Below, piece after piece: positions 47,991 through 57,483 of a stretch of DNA of 64,000 nt (positions are counted from its first letter, which is position 1; each line of letters begins with the position of its first letter). The stretch lies in contig OZ253564.1 in the NCBI GenBank assembly GCA_965262915.1, positions 2,016,001 through 2,080,000 of the forward strand. Reading direction: 5' to 3'. The position numbers and the translations under genes are program-made. This DNA is from Candidatus Spongiisociaceae bacterium. GTDB lineage: Bacteria > Actinomycetota > Acidimicrobiia > Spongiisociales > Spongiisociaceae. Under the pieces are notes generated by a model. The model did no database searches. It had not been told where the DNA came from and worked only from the letters and a program-made list of their open reading frames with translations.

Positions 47991-48646
47991 GCCGACACTC
48001 CCGCAAATCTCTGCGCTCCGGAGAGCCCCGCGACCTCGGTGACGAAGTTGGACAGAAGCTGCAATCCGGCCTTGCCGCTCCGTTCCGGGTGGAACTGGAA
48101 GCCCACCCGGAGACCGCTGCGGACCGCTGCTACGAACGGGCGTGGATAGCGGGCATACGCGATCACGCTCGACGGGTCCTCGGGGACCGGCGCGTAGCTG
48201 TGGACGAAATAGAACGTGTCGGCCGGTGTGATACCTGCGAAGACCCGATCCCGGGATGCCCAGGCTCCCGGGACCTCGATATCGTTCCAGCCGATGTGGG
48301 GGAGGAGGGGCGCTCCGACCAGGCGTCTCACCACGCCCCGGTCCAGGCCCAGGCACGGCTCCCCGTCCTCGTCGCTGCGGCTGTAGAACAGTTGCAGGCC
48401 CACGCAGATCCCGAGGAGGGGCCCGTTCCATTTGCGGAGGGGTTCCACCAGACCCGCCTCGGTGAGCCGGGCCATCGCCGTGCCCGGAACCCCTACGCCG
48501 GGGAGCACGATCGCTTGGGTTCCCCGCAGGTCCTCGGGTCCGGTCACCATACGCACGCGGGCGCCGGTTATCTCGAGTCCCCGCGCTATGGACACCAGGT
48601 TGCCGGCGCCGTGGTCGATCACAGCCACCAGCGGCGCCGCGGTCAC
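47987..48646 (-). CDS. hisH: Imidazole glycerol phosphate synthase glutaminase subunit
   Basis: [41 protein letters not shown]. Confidence 0.96.
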   Translation of the reverse strand: MTAAPLVAVIDHGAGNLVSIARGLEITGARVRMVTGPEDLRGTQAIVLPGVGVPGTAMARLTEAGLVEPLRKWNGPLLGICVGLQLFYSRSDEDGEPCLGLDRGVVRRLVGAPLLPHIGWNDIEVPGAWASRDRVFAGITPADTFYFVHSYAPVPEDPSSVIAYARYPRPFVAAVRSGLRVGFQFHPERSGKAGLQLLSNFVTEVAGLSGAQRFAGVSA

Positions 48647-49245
48647 GAGCCCGCCTCCATGGCCGGTGTCCCCTTGGTCGAAGCCATCCCGCTCCGCCTC
48701 GGGTCGGGTGCGACCGCGACTCGCAACGCCCTCGCGAGAGCCTTGAACGCAGCCTCCGCGACATGGTGGTCGTTGCGGCCGGTGGCCGTGACGTGGAGGG
48801 TCACGCCCGATGTCCGGGCGAACGCTTCCAGGGCGTGCGAGAGGTTCTGGGTGGTGAGGTTGCCGATGTAGGGGGTGTCCAACTCGATCCGGGCGACGCA
48901 ATAGGGCCGTCCTCCCACGTCGACCGTTGCCTGCGCGATCGCCTCGTCCATCGGTATGCGGGCATCCCCAAAGCGGTGTATTCCGGTCCGGTCTCCCAGC
49001 GCGCCCGCCAGCGCCTCGCCCAGGCAGAGAGCCGTGTCCTCGACGGTGTGGTGATCGTCGACCTCCACATCGCCCTCCGTGATGATGGTGAGGTCGAAGA
49101 GGGCATGGTGGGCGAGCGAGGTCAGCAGGTGATCGAAGAAACCGATCCCTGTTCTCACGTCGGCCCGACCCTTCCCGTCGAGATCGATCTCGACCGACAC
49201 CCGGGTCTCCTTGGTGTGGCGGCGGCATGTGGCCTGGCGGGGCAT
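48643..49245 (-). CDS. hisB: Imidazoleglycerol-phosphate dehydratase
   Basis: [35 protein letters not shown]. Confidence 0.97.
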   Translation of the reverse strand: MPRQATCRRHTKETRVSVEIDLDGKGRADVRTGIGFFDHLLTSLAHHALFDLTIITEGDVEVDDHHTVEDTALCLGEALAGALGDRTGIHRFGDARIPMDEAIAQATVDVGGRPYCVARIELDTPYIGNLTTQNLSHALEAFARTSGVTLHVTATGRNDHHVAEAAFKALARALRVAVAPDPRRSGMASTKGTPAMEAGS

Positions 49246-50616
49246 TCAAGCCTCCTCGCTGTAGGGGTCTTCGTTTTCCATGCTCGTGGCGGGAGCATTC
49301 TCGAACCGCACCGAGGCGGCCATCCGGTGGGCGTCCAGACCCTCGGCTCCGGCAAGTTCCTCGATGACCGGCCGGATGGATTCCAGCCCGCGGCGGGTAA
49401 GGGTCTGGACCTGCCTCCACGAGCCGAAGTCCTCGACTCCGAGCGGTCCGTGCGATCGGGCCAGACCTCCGGTGGGCAGCACATGGTTGGCTCCCGTGGC
49501 GTAGTCTCCCGCCGACTCGGGTGACCACCTGCCCACGTATACGGAGCCTGCGTTCACCAACCGGTCCGCGTCCCTCCGGGCGTCGGCGGTCAGCACGGTC
49601 GCGTGTTCGGGGGCGTAGGCGTTGGCGAATCCCAGGGCATCGTCGAGGGACGCGGCCACGAGGGTCTCCCCGTGGGCAGCCAGCGCGGACCGAAGGATGT
49701 CCCGGCGGGAGAGGAGAGGGAGGAACCCGGCGATCTCGGTCTCGACCCTGGCCGCCAGGGTCGGGTCGGTGGTGACCAGCACCGCCGGGGAGTCGGGGCC
49801 GTGTTCCGCCTGGCAGAGGAGGTCGATCGCCACCAGCCGGGGATCTGCCGTGTGGTCGGCTACCACCAGCACCTCGCTGGGGCCAGCCGGCAAGTCGATG
49901 GCACAGGCGCCGTACACCTCCAACTTGGCAGCCGTCACCCACGCGTTGCCGGGGCCGACGATCTTGTCTACGTTCGGGATGGTCTCGGTTCCGTAGGCGA
50001 GAGCCGCCACAGCCTGGGCGCCACCCATGGCGTATAGCTCGTCCACGCCCAGCAACCCGGCCGCGGCGAGCAGGGTGGGATCGAGCCTGCCGTCCTCGTC
50101 GCAAGGGGATGCCACCGCGATCTCGGCCACACCCGCCGCCTGGGCGGGTACCACCGTCATCACCAGGCTGGAAGGGTAGGCGGCCTTGCCTCCGGGTACG
50201 TAGGCCCCCACCCGGCGGAGCGGGGCCCAGCGGCGGTCGATCCGCACTCCGGGCCGGGTCTCCTGGGAGCTGGCATCCGGCGTCTGGGCTTCGTGGTGGC
50301 GCCTCACGGCGTCGATCGCTTCCTCGAGAGCCCGGCGGACCGATCCGTCCGTGTCCTCCAGGGCGGCGGCGATCTCCCGGGCCTGAACCCCGGGATCGGC
50401 CCGTCCGCCGCCGTAGGCGGCGCTCGCCTCTGCCAGCGCCCGGTCGCCGCCCAGCTCGATCGACCGGCAGATGGCGGCTGCCCCCCGGCGTACCTCCCGA
50501 TCGGGAACCGCCGACCGGGTCGTCAGCTCGCGCCGGTCGCCGGCGTCGAGGTCGGCCAGGCGGCGGGCCCTCAGCAGGGTCGCAGGCGCATCGGAGGCCG
50601 GCGCAGCCAGTCTCAT
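49246..50616 (-). CDS. hisD: Histidinol dehydrogenase
   Basis: YVPGG, GGAQAVAALAYG, GPGNAWV, AGPSE, QAEH, APEH, GDYATGANHVLPT. Confidence 0.96.
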   Translation of the reverse strand: MRLAAPASDAPATLLRARRLADLDAGDRRELTTRSAVPDREVRRGAAAICRSIELGGDRALAEASAAYGGGRADPGVQAREIAAALEDTDGSVRRALEEAIDAVRRHHEAQTPDASSQETRPGVRIDRRWAPLRRVGAYVPGGKAAYPSSLVMTVVPAQAAGVAEIAVASPCDEDGRLDPTLLAAAGLLGVDELYAMGGAQAVAALAYGTETIPNVDKIVGPGNAWVTAAKLEVYGACAIDLPAGPSEVLVVADHTADPRLVAIDLLCQAEHGPDSPAVLVTTDPTLAARVETEIAGFLPLLSRRDILRSALAAHGETLVAASLDDALGFANAYAPEHATVLTADARRDADRLVNAGSVYVGRWSPESAGDYATGANHVLPTGGLARSHGPLGVEDFGSWRQVQTLTRRGLESIRPVIEELAGAEGLDAHRMAASVRFENAPATSMENEDPYSEEA

Positions 50617-51482
50617 GGCACCAGCTGTCCTATCGGAAGCACGAGGATGTCGCGGCCGCCGGCCGCCTTGAGCCGCGGGAGGATGTTCCACACCTCGTCC
50701 CTCTCCACCACCGAGTGGATGGCCACCATCCCGTCCTCCGCCAGAGGGATCACGGTGGGCGCCTCGAGGCCGGGGATCAGGTCGGTGATAGCGGGCAGGG
50801 ACTCCCGGGAAGCGTTGAGCAGCAGGTACCGCCTGCGCCGGCCTGCCAGGACCGACTCGACCGCGGTTATGACCGCATCGACCTCGGTACCGGTCTCCGG
50901 TCCGTCGGTCCCTCGCACCAGTACAGCCTGGCTGTTCAGGATGGGGAGCACCGGACGCAGGCCGTTGACCATCAGCGTGCTTCCGGTCGAGACCAGGTCG
51001 GCCACCGCGTCGGCCACCCCGAGTTTGGGGGCTACCTCCACCGATCCCCGCAGTCGAACCACCTCGACCGATACCCCATGCGCGGCGAAGAACCGCCCGG
51101 TGAGGTTGGGGTGGGAGGTGGCGATCCGCAGGCCCGCCAGGTCCTGGGGACACCCGTGGTCTCTTTCTCTGGGAACCGCAACGGTCAGCTGGCACTGGCC
51201 GAAACCGAGTGGCAGGACCGCACGGACGCTGTCGGCCGGCCGGCCTGATTCCTCGAGCAGGTCGAGTCCGGTGATACCAAGATTCGCCGCTCCGTCGGCC
51301 ACCAGTTCGACCACGTCCTCGGTGCGCACGAACAGGAGGTCGATATCGGCGTTGCGCACCTTCACCGACAGGGCTCTCTCGGTCTGCTCGAAGGCTAGGC
51401 CGGCCTCGCGGAGCAGCCTCAGGGTCGGTTCCCTCATGCGTCCCTTGTTGGGTACGGCCAGCCGCAAGGTCCCGTCACCCAT
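50613..51482 (-). CDS. hisG: ATP phosphoribosyltransferase (long form)
   Basis: LAVPNKGR, GITGLD, IATSHP, GSVEVAP, DLVSTGSTL, PGLEAPTV. Confidence 0.96.
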   Translation of the reverse strand: MGDGTLRLAVPNKGRMREPTLRLLREAGLAFEQTERALSVKVRNADIDLLFVRTEDVVELVADGAANLGITGLDLLEESGRPADSVRAVLPLGFGQCQLTVAVPRERDHGCPQDLAGLRIATSHPNLTGRFFAAHGVSVEVVRLRGSVEVAPKLGVADAVADLVSTGSTLMVNGLRPVLPILNSQAVLVRGTDGPETGTEVDAVITAVESVLAGRRRRYLLLNASRESLPAITDLIPGLEAPTVIPLAEDGMVAIHSVVERDEVWNILPRLKAAGGRDILVLPIGQLVP

Positions 51483-51784
51483 CACAGACCTCCCTCGATC
51501 CGGTCGAGCGCCAAGCGGTACCCACCCGTTCCGTGCAGCCGCCATTCGTTGACCCTTCCTATGGTGGTGGTCGATACACCGGTCCGATCCGATACCTGCC
51601 GGTAGGGCAGGCCGGATTCCAGTAAGGTCGCCACCGACCAACGGCTCGACAGTTCATCGATCTCGTTGCGCGTGCACAGGTCGCGCAGGAACAGCGCCAC
51701 CTCGTCCACCGTGTCCAGCGTCAGGATGGCGCGGCACAGCGCGTCGAACTCGTCGGTCCTCCATCGTTCCTGGCGGGTGGTCAT
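51482..51784 (-). CDS. TrpR-like YerC/YecD regulator (probable HisR)
   Basis: FLRDLCT..EI, PYRQVS..TGVSTTTIGRV, GTGGY; first gene of his operon. Confidence 0.9.
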   Translation of the reverse strand: MTTRQERWRTDEFDALCRAILTLDTVDEVALFLRDLCTRNEIDELSSRWSVATLLESGLPYRQVSDRTGVSTTTIGRVNEWRLHGTGGYRLALDRIEGGL

Positions 51785-51841
51785 CGAGTTTCCTTCCGGA
51801 TTGCGTCAGGCTCGTTTCGTAGCCCGCCCCCTGTGTAAATC

Positions 51842-51867
51842 TGTATTAAGACACTAGCACAATATTA
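51842..51867 (-). promoter_or_regulatory. -10 box and TrpR-type operator of his operon
   Basis: Minus strand TAATAT immediately followed by imperfect palindrome TGTGCTAGTGTCTTAATACA. Confidence 0.6.
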
Positions 51868-51960
51868 CGTTCATACAGGATTCCGGCATACAGGATTCCG
51901 GACCGATCGCGTTCGGGAGCCCTGCCATCGCTTGCGGGCGACGAGTAGCCGGTTGCGCGG

Positions 51961-53427
51961 TTACGGGCGGGACCGGTTCGGATGATCGTGACCAGGATGG
52001 CGGACGATCTCCGAGAGGGGCGGGGCCTTCGTTCCCCACCCGGTGGCCTGCTCCCATGCGCTCGCCAACTCCAGAACGGCGCGATCGGCCTGATGGCGGC
52101 CCACGATCTGCAGGCCGACAGGAAGCCCGTCGGGCGTGAAGCCCGCAGGTACGGAGATCGCAGGGTGGGTCGTCACGGTGATATCGCTGCAGGCCCGCAT
52201 CCAATCGATGTAGGTCTCCAGATGCGCACCGGCGATCTCGGTGGGGAACTCGACCTCGATCGGGAAGGGCGGAACCTGGGTGACCGGGCAGGCCAGGAAG
52301 TCGAAACCTCCTTCTTCCGGTGACATGAACTCATGGACCTGCGCGAATAGCCGGGTGTGGCGGCGGCAGGCGTCCGCGTAGTCGGCGACCGTCATCGAGA
52401 GTCCTTTCTCGATGTTCCACACCACGGTCTCCTTCATCAGGTCGCGATGGTCGGCCAGTAGCGGACCGAATCTGAGCGCGAACTGCCATGCGCGCCGCGC
52501 CTGGAAGACATCGGGAGCGTCGGAGAGGTCCGGCCAGGCGGGGATCACATGGCAGCCGAGATCGGAGAGGAGGTCGGGAACGCCGGCCAGAGCAGCAATG
52601 ATGGCAGGATCGGTCGGCAAGCCGCCTGCATCGGGCGACCACGCCACCCGCATACCGATGAGATCCCGCTCCAGCGAACCCGCGAAGATGTCGGACGACT
52701 CCGCGATCGAGAGCGGGGCGCGCCGGTCCGGGCCGGCCAGTGCCCGGAGGTAGGTGGCGGCATCGGCCACCGTGCGGGCCATCGGACCCTCGACCGAGAG
52801 TGGAAACCAGGCATCCTGCGCGGTGGTCGATGGCACCCGGCCGGGGGAGGGTCGGAATCCCACCACGTTGCAGAACGCAGCCGGGTTCCGCAGAGAGCCG
52901 CCCAGGTCGGAACCGTCGCACAGGGGAAGCATACGGGCCGCCAGCGCGACCGCCGCCCCGCCGCTGCTCCCTCCGCAGGTCCTTCCGGGATCGTAGGGGT
53001 TGAGCGTCGTTCCGAAGACCGGGTTGAAGGTGTGGGATCCGGCCCCGAACTCGGGCGTGTTGGTCTTGCCGACGGTCACCGCTCCGGCGCGCCGCTGCCG
53101 TGCAACCATCAGAGAATCCGTATCCGGTACGAAGTCAGCGAAGATCGGGGATCCGAAGGTGGTGCGGACCCCCGCCGTCAGAGCCAGGTCCTTGTGGGCC
53201 ACCGGCAACCCGTGCAGAGGGCCGAGCGATTCGCCTCGGGCGTGCGCCTGGTCTGCCTCCGCCGCTTGCTCGAGTGCCGTCTCGGGTGTCAGGGTCACCA
53301 GCGCGTTGAGCACGGGGTTGACCGTGTCGATACGCGCCAGGTGCGCCTCGAGCAGCTCGCGGGCGCTGATCTCTCCCCTCGAGAGCATCGAGGCCATCTC
53401 CAGGGCCGATCGCGAGCAGATGTCCAT
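51961..53427 (-). CDS. Amidase (AS signature family)
   Basis: GPLHGLPVAHKD, GKTNTPEFG, GGSSGGAA, GSDLGGSLRNPA. Confidence 0.93.
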   Translation of the reverse strand: MDICSRSALEMASMLSRGEISARELLEAHLARIDTVNPVLNALVTLTPETALEQAAEADQAHARGESLGPLHGLPVAHKDLALTAGVRTTFGSPIFADFVPDTDSLMVARQRRAGAVTVGKTNTPEFGAGSHTFNPVFGTTLNPYDPGRTCGGSSGGAAVALAARMLPLCDGSDLGGSLRNPAAFCNVVGFRPSPGRVPSTTAQDAWFPLSVEGPMARTVADAATYLRALAGPDRRAPLSIAESSDIFAGSLERDLIGMRVAWSPDAGGLPTDPAIIAALAGVPDLLSDLGCHVIPAWPDLSDAPDVFQARRAWQFALRFGPLLADHRDLMKETVVWNIEKGLSMTVADYADACRRHTRLFAQVHEFMSPEEGGFDFLACPVTQVPPFPIEVEFPTEIAGAHLETYIDWMRACSDITVTTHPAISVPAGFTPDGLPVGLQIVGRHQADRAVLELASAWEQATGWGTKAPPLSEIVRHPGHDHPNRSRP

Positions 53428-53487
53428 CCCGCTATTTGACCACACCTGCGCGCTGGTCGGCGCCCCCCACCCGCGCGGAGCGTTTGA

Positions 53488-53710
53488 ACCTGTCACGCGG
53501 CCGTTGCATACTGTTAGGTAGCCGTATACACCAGCGGTCCGTTTACGACGTCGAACGGACCGGGGCAGGGATCACATTGTCCGTACCGACCCTCCGAGGG
53601 CGGATGGACGGACGCGCCCGGAGCCGAGGAGGTGGCGGCGGGGGCGGGCCCGCGGCAGGGCTCCGGGCGGGCGTTTTTCGCGCTCTCGTTATTGGGAACC
53701 GGTTGGGTCA
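53488..53710 (+). repeat. Structured ~220-bp element, copy 1 (candidate ncRNA)
   Basis: Colinear with reverse complement of 56023-56250; stems CGGTCCGTT/AACGGACCG and CGCCCGGAGCC/GGCTCCGGGCG followed by T-run. Confidence 0.8.
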
Positions 53711-53762
53711 CGTGCTCGGCCGTTCCGGAGTGCCCGCGACGATTCCACACTCGGGACACCAG

Positions 53763-53860
53763 GAGGGTGCTGAGGATCCCCCGGTTGGCCCGACGTTCGA
53801 TGGCAAGATGCGAGGTCAACGGAGAGCGGCCCAACGTCTTGATCGTGTTTCGGCATCCTC
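53763..53860. mobile_element. MITE family A copy
   Basis: CCAG-GAGGGTGCTGAGG...GTTTCGGCATCCTC-CTAG; right CTAG is the stop of the 54460 gene. Confidence 0.8.
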
Positions 53861-54460
53861 CTAGGAAATGGCCGCGTCTCCTTCGGTTCCCACTACTGTC
53901 CAGCCGTCCGGTCCTTCGGTGACGCGGTAGGTGAGCCAGATACCGCAAACACCGCCGCACCACAGGTTGGCGCCGACCGTCGCTCCTTCCCGATCGAACT
54001 CGACAGGCGCCAGCGTGAGGATGGCGCTTCCCGGGATGACCGGCTGGAGGACATCCTGTTCTATGAACTCGCTGCGGCTGCTGATGAAACTCACCGGCGA
54101 GAGGTCTTCGATGGCGGCTGCGATGGCGGATCTCTCTTCTCCTGTGAGTGGATCACCCGGTCGGCGGTTCGCCACGTAATCCCCGGCGGTGGCCTCGACA
54201 TGATCCACGACCAGCACCTCCGTGAATCGGTGATCCGGTCCGAACGTATTGTTGAAGTCGACGAGTTGTTGTGTCACAGCGGCGTAGATGGCGGCCGAGG
54301 CCGGAGCACGCTCGTCCTCGGTGAGCGGGTCGCTCCTGCAGGCAGGTATGAGCAGCAACCCGACGAGCAGGACGATTGCGGTGCCGAATGCCGCGGTAGT
54401 CCCGATCGGCTGCTGTCGGTCCGGAATCCGTGCATCATACGGTCCGGTGCTGGTTCTCAC
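53861..54460 (-). CDS. Hypothetical lipoprotein
   Basis: Hydrophobic signal with IPAC lipobox-like motif; C-terminal WCGGVCG; start uncertain. Confidence 0.65.
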   Translation of the reverse strand: MRTSTGPYDARIPDRQQPIGTTAAFGTAIVLLVGLLLIPACRSDPLTEDERAPASAAIYAAVTQQLVDFNNTFGPDHRFTEVLVVDHVEATAGDYVANRRPGDPLTGEERSAIAAAIEDLSPVSFISSRSEFIEQDVLQPVIPGSAILTLAPVEFDREGATVGANLWCGGVCGIWLTYRVTEGPDGWTVVGTEGDAAIS

Positions 54461-54538
54461 CCTCCTGATCCGATCGTTACGAGTGTGGGTGTAGCGTGAA
54501 ACATAAATATGGGCTCAATAGCCAATATACTCATACAG

Positions 54539-54781
54539 ATGCGAACCACCATCGAAGTGAACGATGAGTTGTTCCGGAAAGCGAAACAGCTTGCGGCCGA
54601 AGAGGGCATCACCCTGCGCGAGATCGTCGAGTCGGGCATCCGTTCGGAGGTGGCGCGGCGTCACCGCGACACGTACCGGCTGCCCGACCGCTCGTTCGGA
54701 GGCCAGGGTGTTCAGGCCGGCATTGTTGAGGGCGACTGGGGATCCATCCGGGATACGATATATGCCGGACGCGGTGCATGA
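54539..54781 (+). CDS. vapB: VapB-like antitoxin (RHH)
   Basis: MRTTIEVNDELF..AK..A; ATGA overlap with PIN gene; TATACT 7 nt upstream. Confidence 0.85.
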   Translation: MRTTIEVNDELFRKAKQLAAEEGITLREIVESGIRSEVARRHRDTYRLPDRSFGGQGVQAGIVEGDWGSIRDTIYAGRGA

Positions 54782-55221
54782 TCGCGGTCGACACCAACGT
54801 ATTGGTATACGCTCATAGACGTGATTCGGCGTTTTATAGGAGAGCGGCCGAGGCGCTGCGCACGCTGGTGGAGGGCCGGGCGGCATGGGCCATCCCGTGG
54901 CCGAGCGTGCACGAGTTCCTGGCCATCGTCACCCACCCGCGTATCTATAACCCGCCCACACCGGTTGCCGATGCGACCGAACAGGTGAGGGTCTGGCTCG
55001 AAGCGCCTTCGGTTGTCCTGCTTCACGAGGCCGGCGACCATGGGCGGGTTCTGTCGGAGCTGTTGGTATCGACCAACACCACGGGACCCCGGATTCACGA
55101 TGCCCGGATAGCCGCGATCTGTATCTCGAACGGTGTTCGGGTCCTCTGGTCGGCTGATCGTGACTTCGGTAGGTTCCCGATCGAAGTGCACAACCCGGTG
55201 GTGGGAGTTCCCGGCAGCTAG
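54778..55221 (+). CDS. vapC: VapC PIN-domain toxin
   Basis: MIAVDTNVLVYA, EFL..VTHPR, HDARIAA, SADRDF. Confidence 0.92.
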   Translation: MIAVDTNVLVYAHRRDSAFYRRAAEALRTLVEGRAAWAIPWPSVHEFLAIVTHPRIYNPPTPVADATEQVRVWLEAPSVVLLHEAGDHGRVLSELLVSTNTTGPRIHDARIAAICISNGVRVLWSADRDFGRFPIEVHNPVVGVPGS

Positions 55222-55308
55222 CTGTGGCCGGACGGCCGTTACAGTCTGCGGGGACGGCCGTGTTCTGCCCGCGGTCCCCCGGCTCACCGAGGATGAAGGC
55301 GAAACGCG

Positions 55309-56022
55309 ATGGAGATCTACCCGGCGATCGATGTCCTGGGGGGCAAGGTGGTACGCCTCCTTCGGGGCGACTACGGCGCCGCCACTACGTACGGCGACTC
55401 GGTCGAGGATCAGTTGGCCGCCTGGACGGACGCGGGGGCCCGCTGGGTGCACGTGATCGACCTCGACGGGGCACGCACCGGCACTCCCGATCCGGCCCTC
55501 TGGAACAAGGTGACCGGGAAGGACGTCTCGGTGCAGGTAGGTGGGGGGATACGAGCCGTCGAGGATGTGGAGGCAGCTCTCGAATGCGGGGTTACCCGGG
55601 TGATCATGGGCACCAGCGCGGTGTGGTCGCCCGGAATACTGGAGGAGGCGATCCGTCGCAGCGCGCCGGACCGTGTCGTGGCCGCCATCGACGTTCGCGA
55701 CGGTCGGGCCGGGGGAGCGGGTTGGCTGGACGAGGGGCGGAAGTTCGAGCAGGTGGTGGAAGGCGCGCTGGGGGCCGGAGCGGTGACGTTCCTGGTCACT
55801 TCCATACGTCGGGACGGCACCCTCGCCGGTCCGGACCTGGAACTGCTCGACCGGGTACGCTTGCTGGCGCCGGATGCCGAGATCATGGCCGCCGGCGGGA
55901 TAGCCCTCATGGACGACCTTCATAGCCTTGCTTCGGTCGGGATCGACGGGGCAGTGATCGGACGGGCCCTCTACGAGGGAACGATCGACTTGCGCGACGC
56001 GCTGTTGCAGATGCCCGGCTAA
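55309..56022 (+). CDS. hisA: ProFAR isomerase
   Basis: IYPAIDV.GGKVVRL.RGDY, HVIDLDGA, QVGGGIR, TSI.RDGTL.GPD, GRALYEG. Confidence 0.92.
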   Translation: MEIYPAIDVLGGKVVRLLRGDYGAATTYGDSVEDQLAAWTDAGARWVHVIDLDGARTGTPDPALWNKVTGKDVSVQVGGGIRAVEDVEAALECGVTRVIMGTSAVWSPGILEEAIRRSAPDRVVAAIDVRDGRAGGAGWLDEGRKFEQVVEGALGAGAVTFLVTSIRRDGTLAGPDLELLDRVRLLAPDAEIMAAGGIALMDDLHSLASVGIDGAVIGRALYEGTIDLRDALLQMPG

Positions 56023-56250
56023 CCCCGCCCCCCATGCCGTCCGGACCGAGAACGCGAAAGACGCCTGGACGGACCACGCCCGAGGGCCCGCCCCCGCCGC
56101 CCCCGCCGTCGACCTCGGAGCGCGTTCCTCCATTCCGCATGCGGGTCGCCTCCGAGCAATATGATCCCTGCCTCGGTCTGCTCGACGTCGGAAAGCAGAC
56201 CGGTGGTGTATACGGCTATCCAACAGTATACAACGGGGGTGTGACAAGGT
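56023..56250 (-). repeat. Structured ~220-bp element, copy 2 (inverted)
   Basis: Minus strand TTGTCAC-N10-TATACT, then stem CGGTCTGCT/AGCAGACCG. Confidence 0.8.
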
Positions 56251-56337
56251 CAACGCCCTCGTAGCCGGACCATTGATCGCTGAATCGGCGCTCTCTTGTT
56301 GACCGACGGGCCGCCGGTGTCTTGCTCGGGAGCCTTC

Positions 56338-57483
56338 CTACACCCAGTCGGAGGGCTTGGCGATCGTGTTGGTGATGAGGGTGTCGACGACTCGGTGCAT
56401 GGCTTCGGCCTCCGACGCTCCCGATTCCAGAGCTTGGTGGTACACGGCAAGCTGATGGTCCGCCGAGGTGCCACGTCGGCAGATGGTCCGGATGTGCTCC
56501 ACTTCTGCGAGGCATCCGAGGTCTTCGGCATCGGGTTTCACCAGCGCGATCAATTCCTCCACCAACTCCGGAAACGGAACCAGGACTCCCTTGCCGAAGT
56601 CGATCAAGCGGTCCTCCACCCCATAACGCTGGGCCCGCCAGAGGTTCTCGGACACCAGGAAGTTGGCGTAGGTGCGCCATCGCTGGTTCTCCATCCGGAG
56701 GCGCCACAGCATCCGCAGGATGCAGACGTACGTGGCCGCGATGGCGATGGTGTCCTCCATCCTCGTGGGCAGGTCGGTGACCCTCATCTCCAAGGTGGGG
56801 TACCGGGCCGACGGGCGGATGTCCCACCACACCTTGGAGGGATCCTCGATGATGCCGGCCGTCACCAGCACGTTCACGTGACGCTGGTACTCGGCCCATG
56901 AACTGAACTGCTCGGGCAACCCGGTGCGCGGCATGGCGCCGAACACTGACGGGCGGTAGCTCTTGAGACCGGTCTTGCTCCCCTCCCAGAACGGCGAGGA
57001 ACCCGACAGGGCCAGCAGGTGGGGCAGGAAGTATATGGCCTGGCCCATGAGGTCGATCCGCAGTTCCGGGTCCTCGATACCCACATGGACATGCAGTCCG
57101 GAGATGATCAGGTTGCGAATCACCCCTTGCAGGTCTTCGGCCAGTTCCTGGTAGCGTCGGGCCTCGGTGACCTGCTGTTCCTCCCATTGGGCGAACGGAT
57201 GGGTGGAGACCGCGATGGGGGCCAATCCGTAATCAGCGGCGGCCTCCGCCACCGCGATCCGGAGCAGGCCGATCTCGGCGCGCAGGTCCTGCATGTTCCG
57301 GCAGACCTCTGTGCCGATCTCGATCTGGGAACTGAAGAGTTCGGGGCTCACGATGCCGTGGTGGAGGGAGCTGACCTTCTCCATCAGCCCGCGGGGTTGG
57401 GTGCGGATCAGGGCGCCGGTGTCGCGCTCCACCAGCAGATATTCCTCCTCGACCCCGATCGTCCACGTGGGTTCATCGATCAT
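56338..57483 (-). CDS. Carboxylate-amine ligase (GCS2/YbdK family)
   Basis: TIGVEEEY, GLHVHVG, LLALSGSSPFW, WWDIRP...PTLEMRV.D. Confidence 0.92.
   Translation of the reverse strand: MIDEPTWTIGVEEEYLLVERDTGALIRTQPRGLMEKVSSLHHGIVSPELFSSQIEIGTEVCRNMQDLRAEIGLLRIAVAEAAADYGLAPIAVSTHPFAQWEEQQVTEARRYQELAEDLQGVIRNLIISGLHVHVGIEDPELRIDLMGQAIYFLPHLLALSGSSPFWEGSKTGLKSYRPSVFGAMPRTGLPEQFSSWAEYQRHVNVLVTAGIIEDPSKVWWDIRPSARYPTLEMRVTDLPTRMEDTIAIAATYVCILRMLWRLRMENQRWRTYANFLVSENLWRAQRYGVEDRLIDFGKGVLVPFPELVEELIALVKPDAEDLGCLAEVEHIRTICRRGTSADHQLAVYHQALESGASEAEAMHRVVDTLITNTIAKPSDWV

Noticed and set aside
47229-51195. Apparent long N-terminal extensions or fusions on hisF, hisH and hisD (also truB, pntB, DUF3090)
   Set aside because: Artefacts of taking the first start codon; internal starts overlapping the upstream stop give normal lengths.
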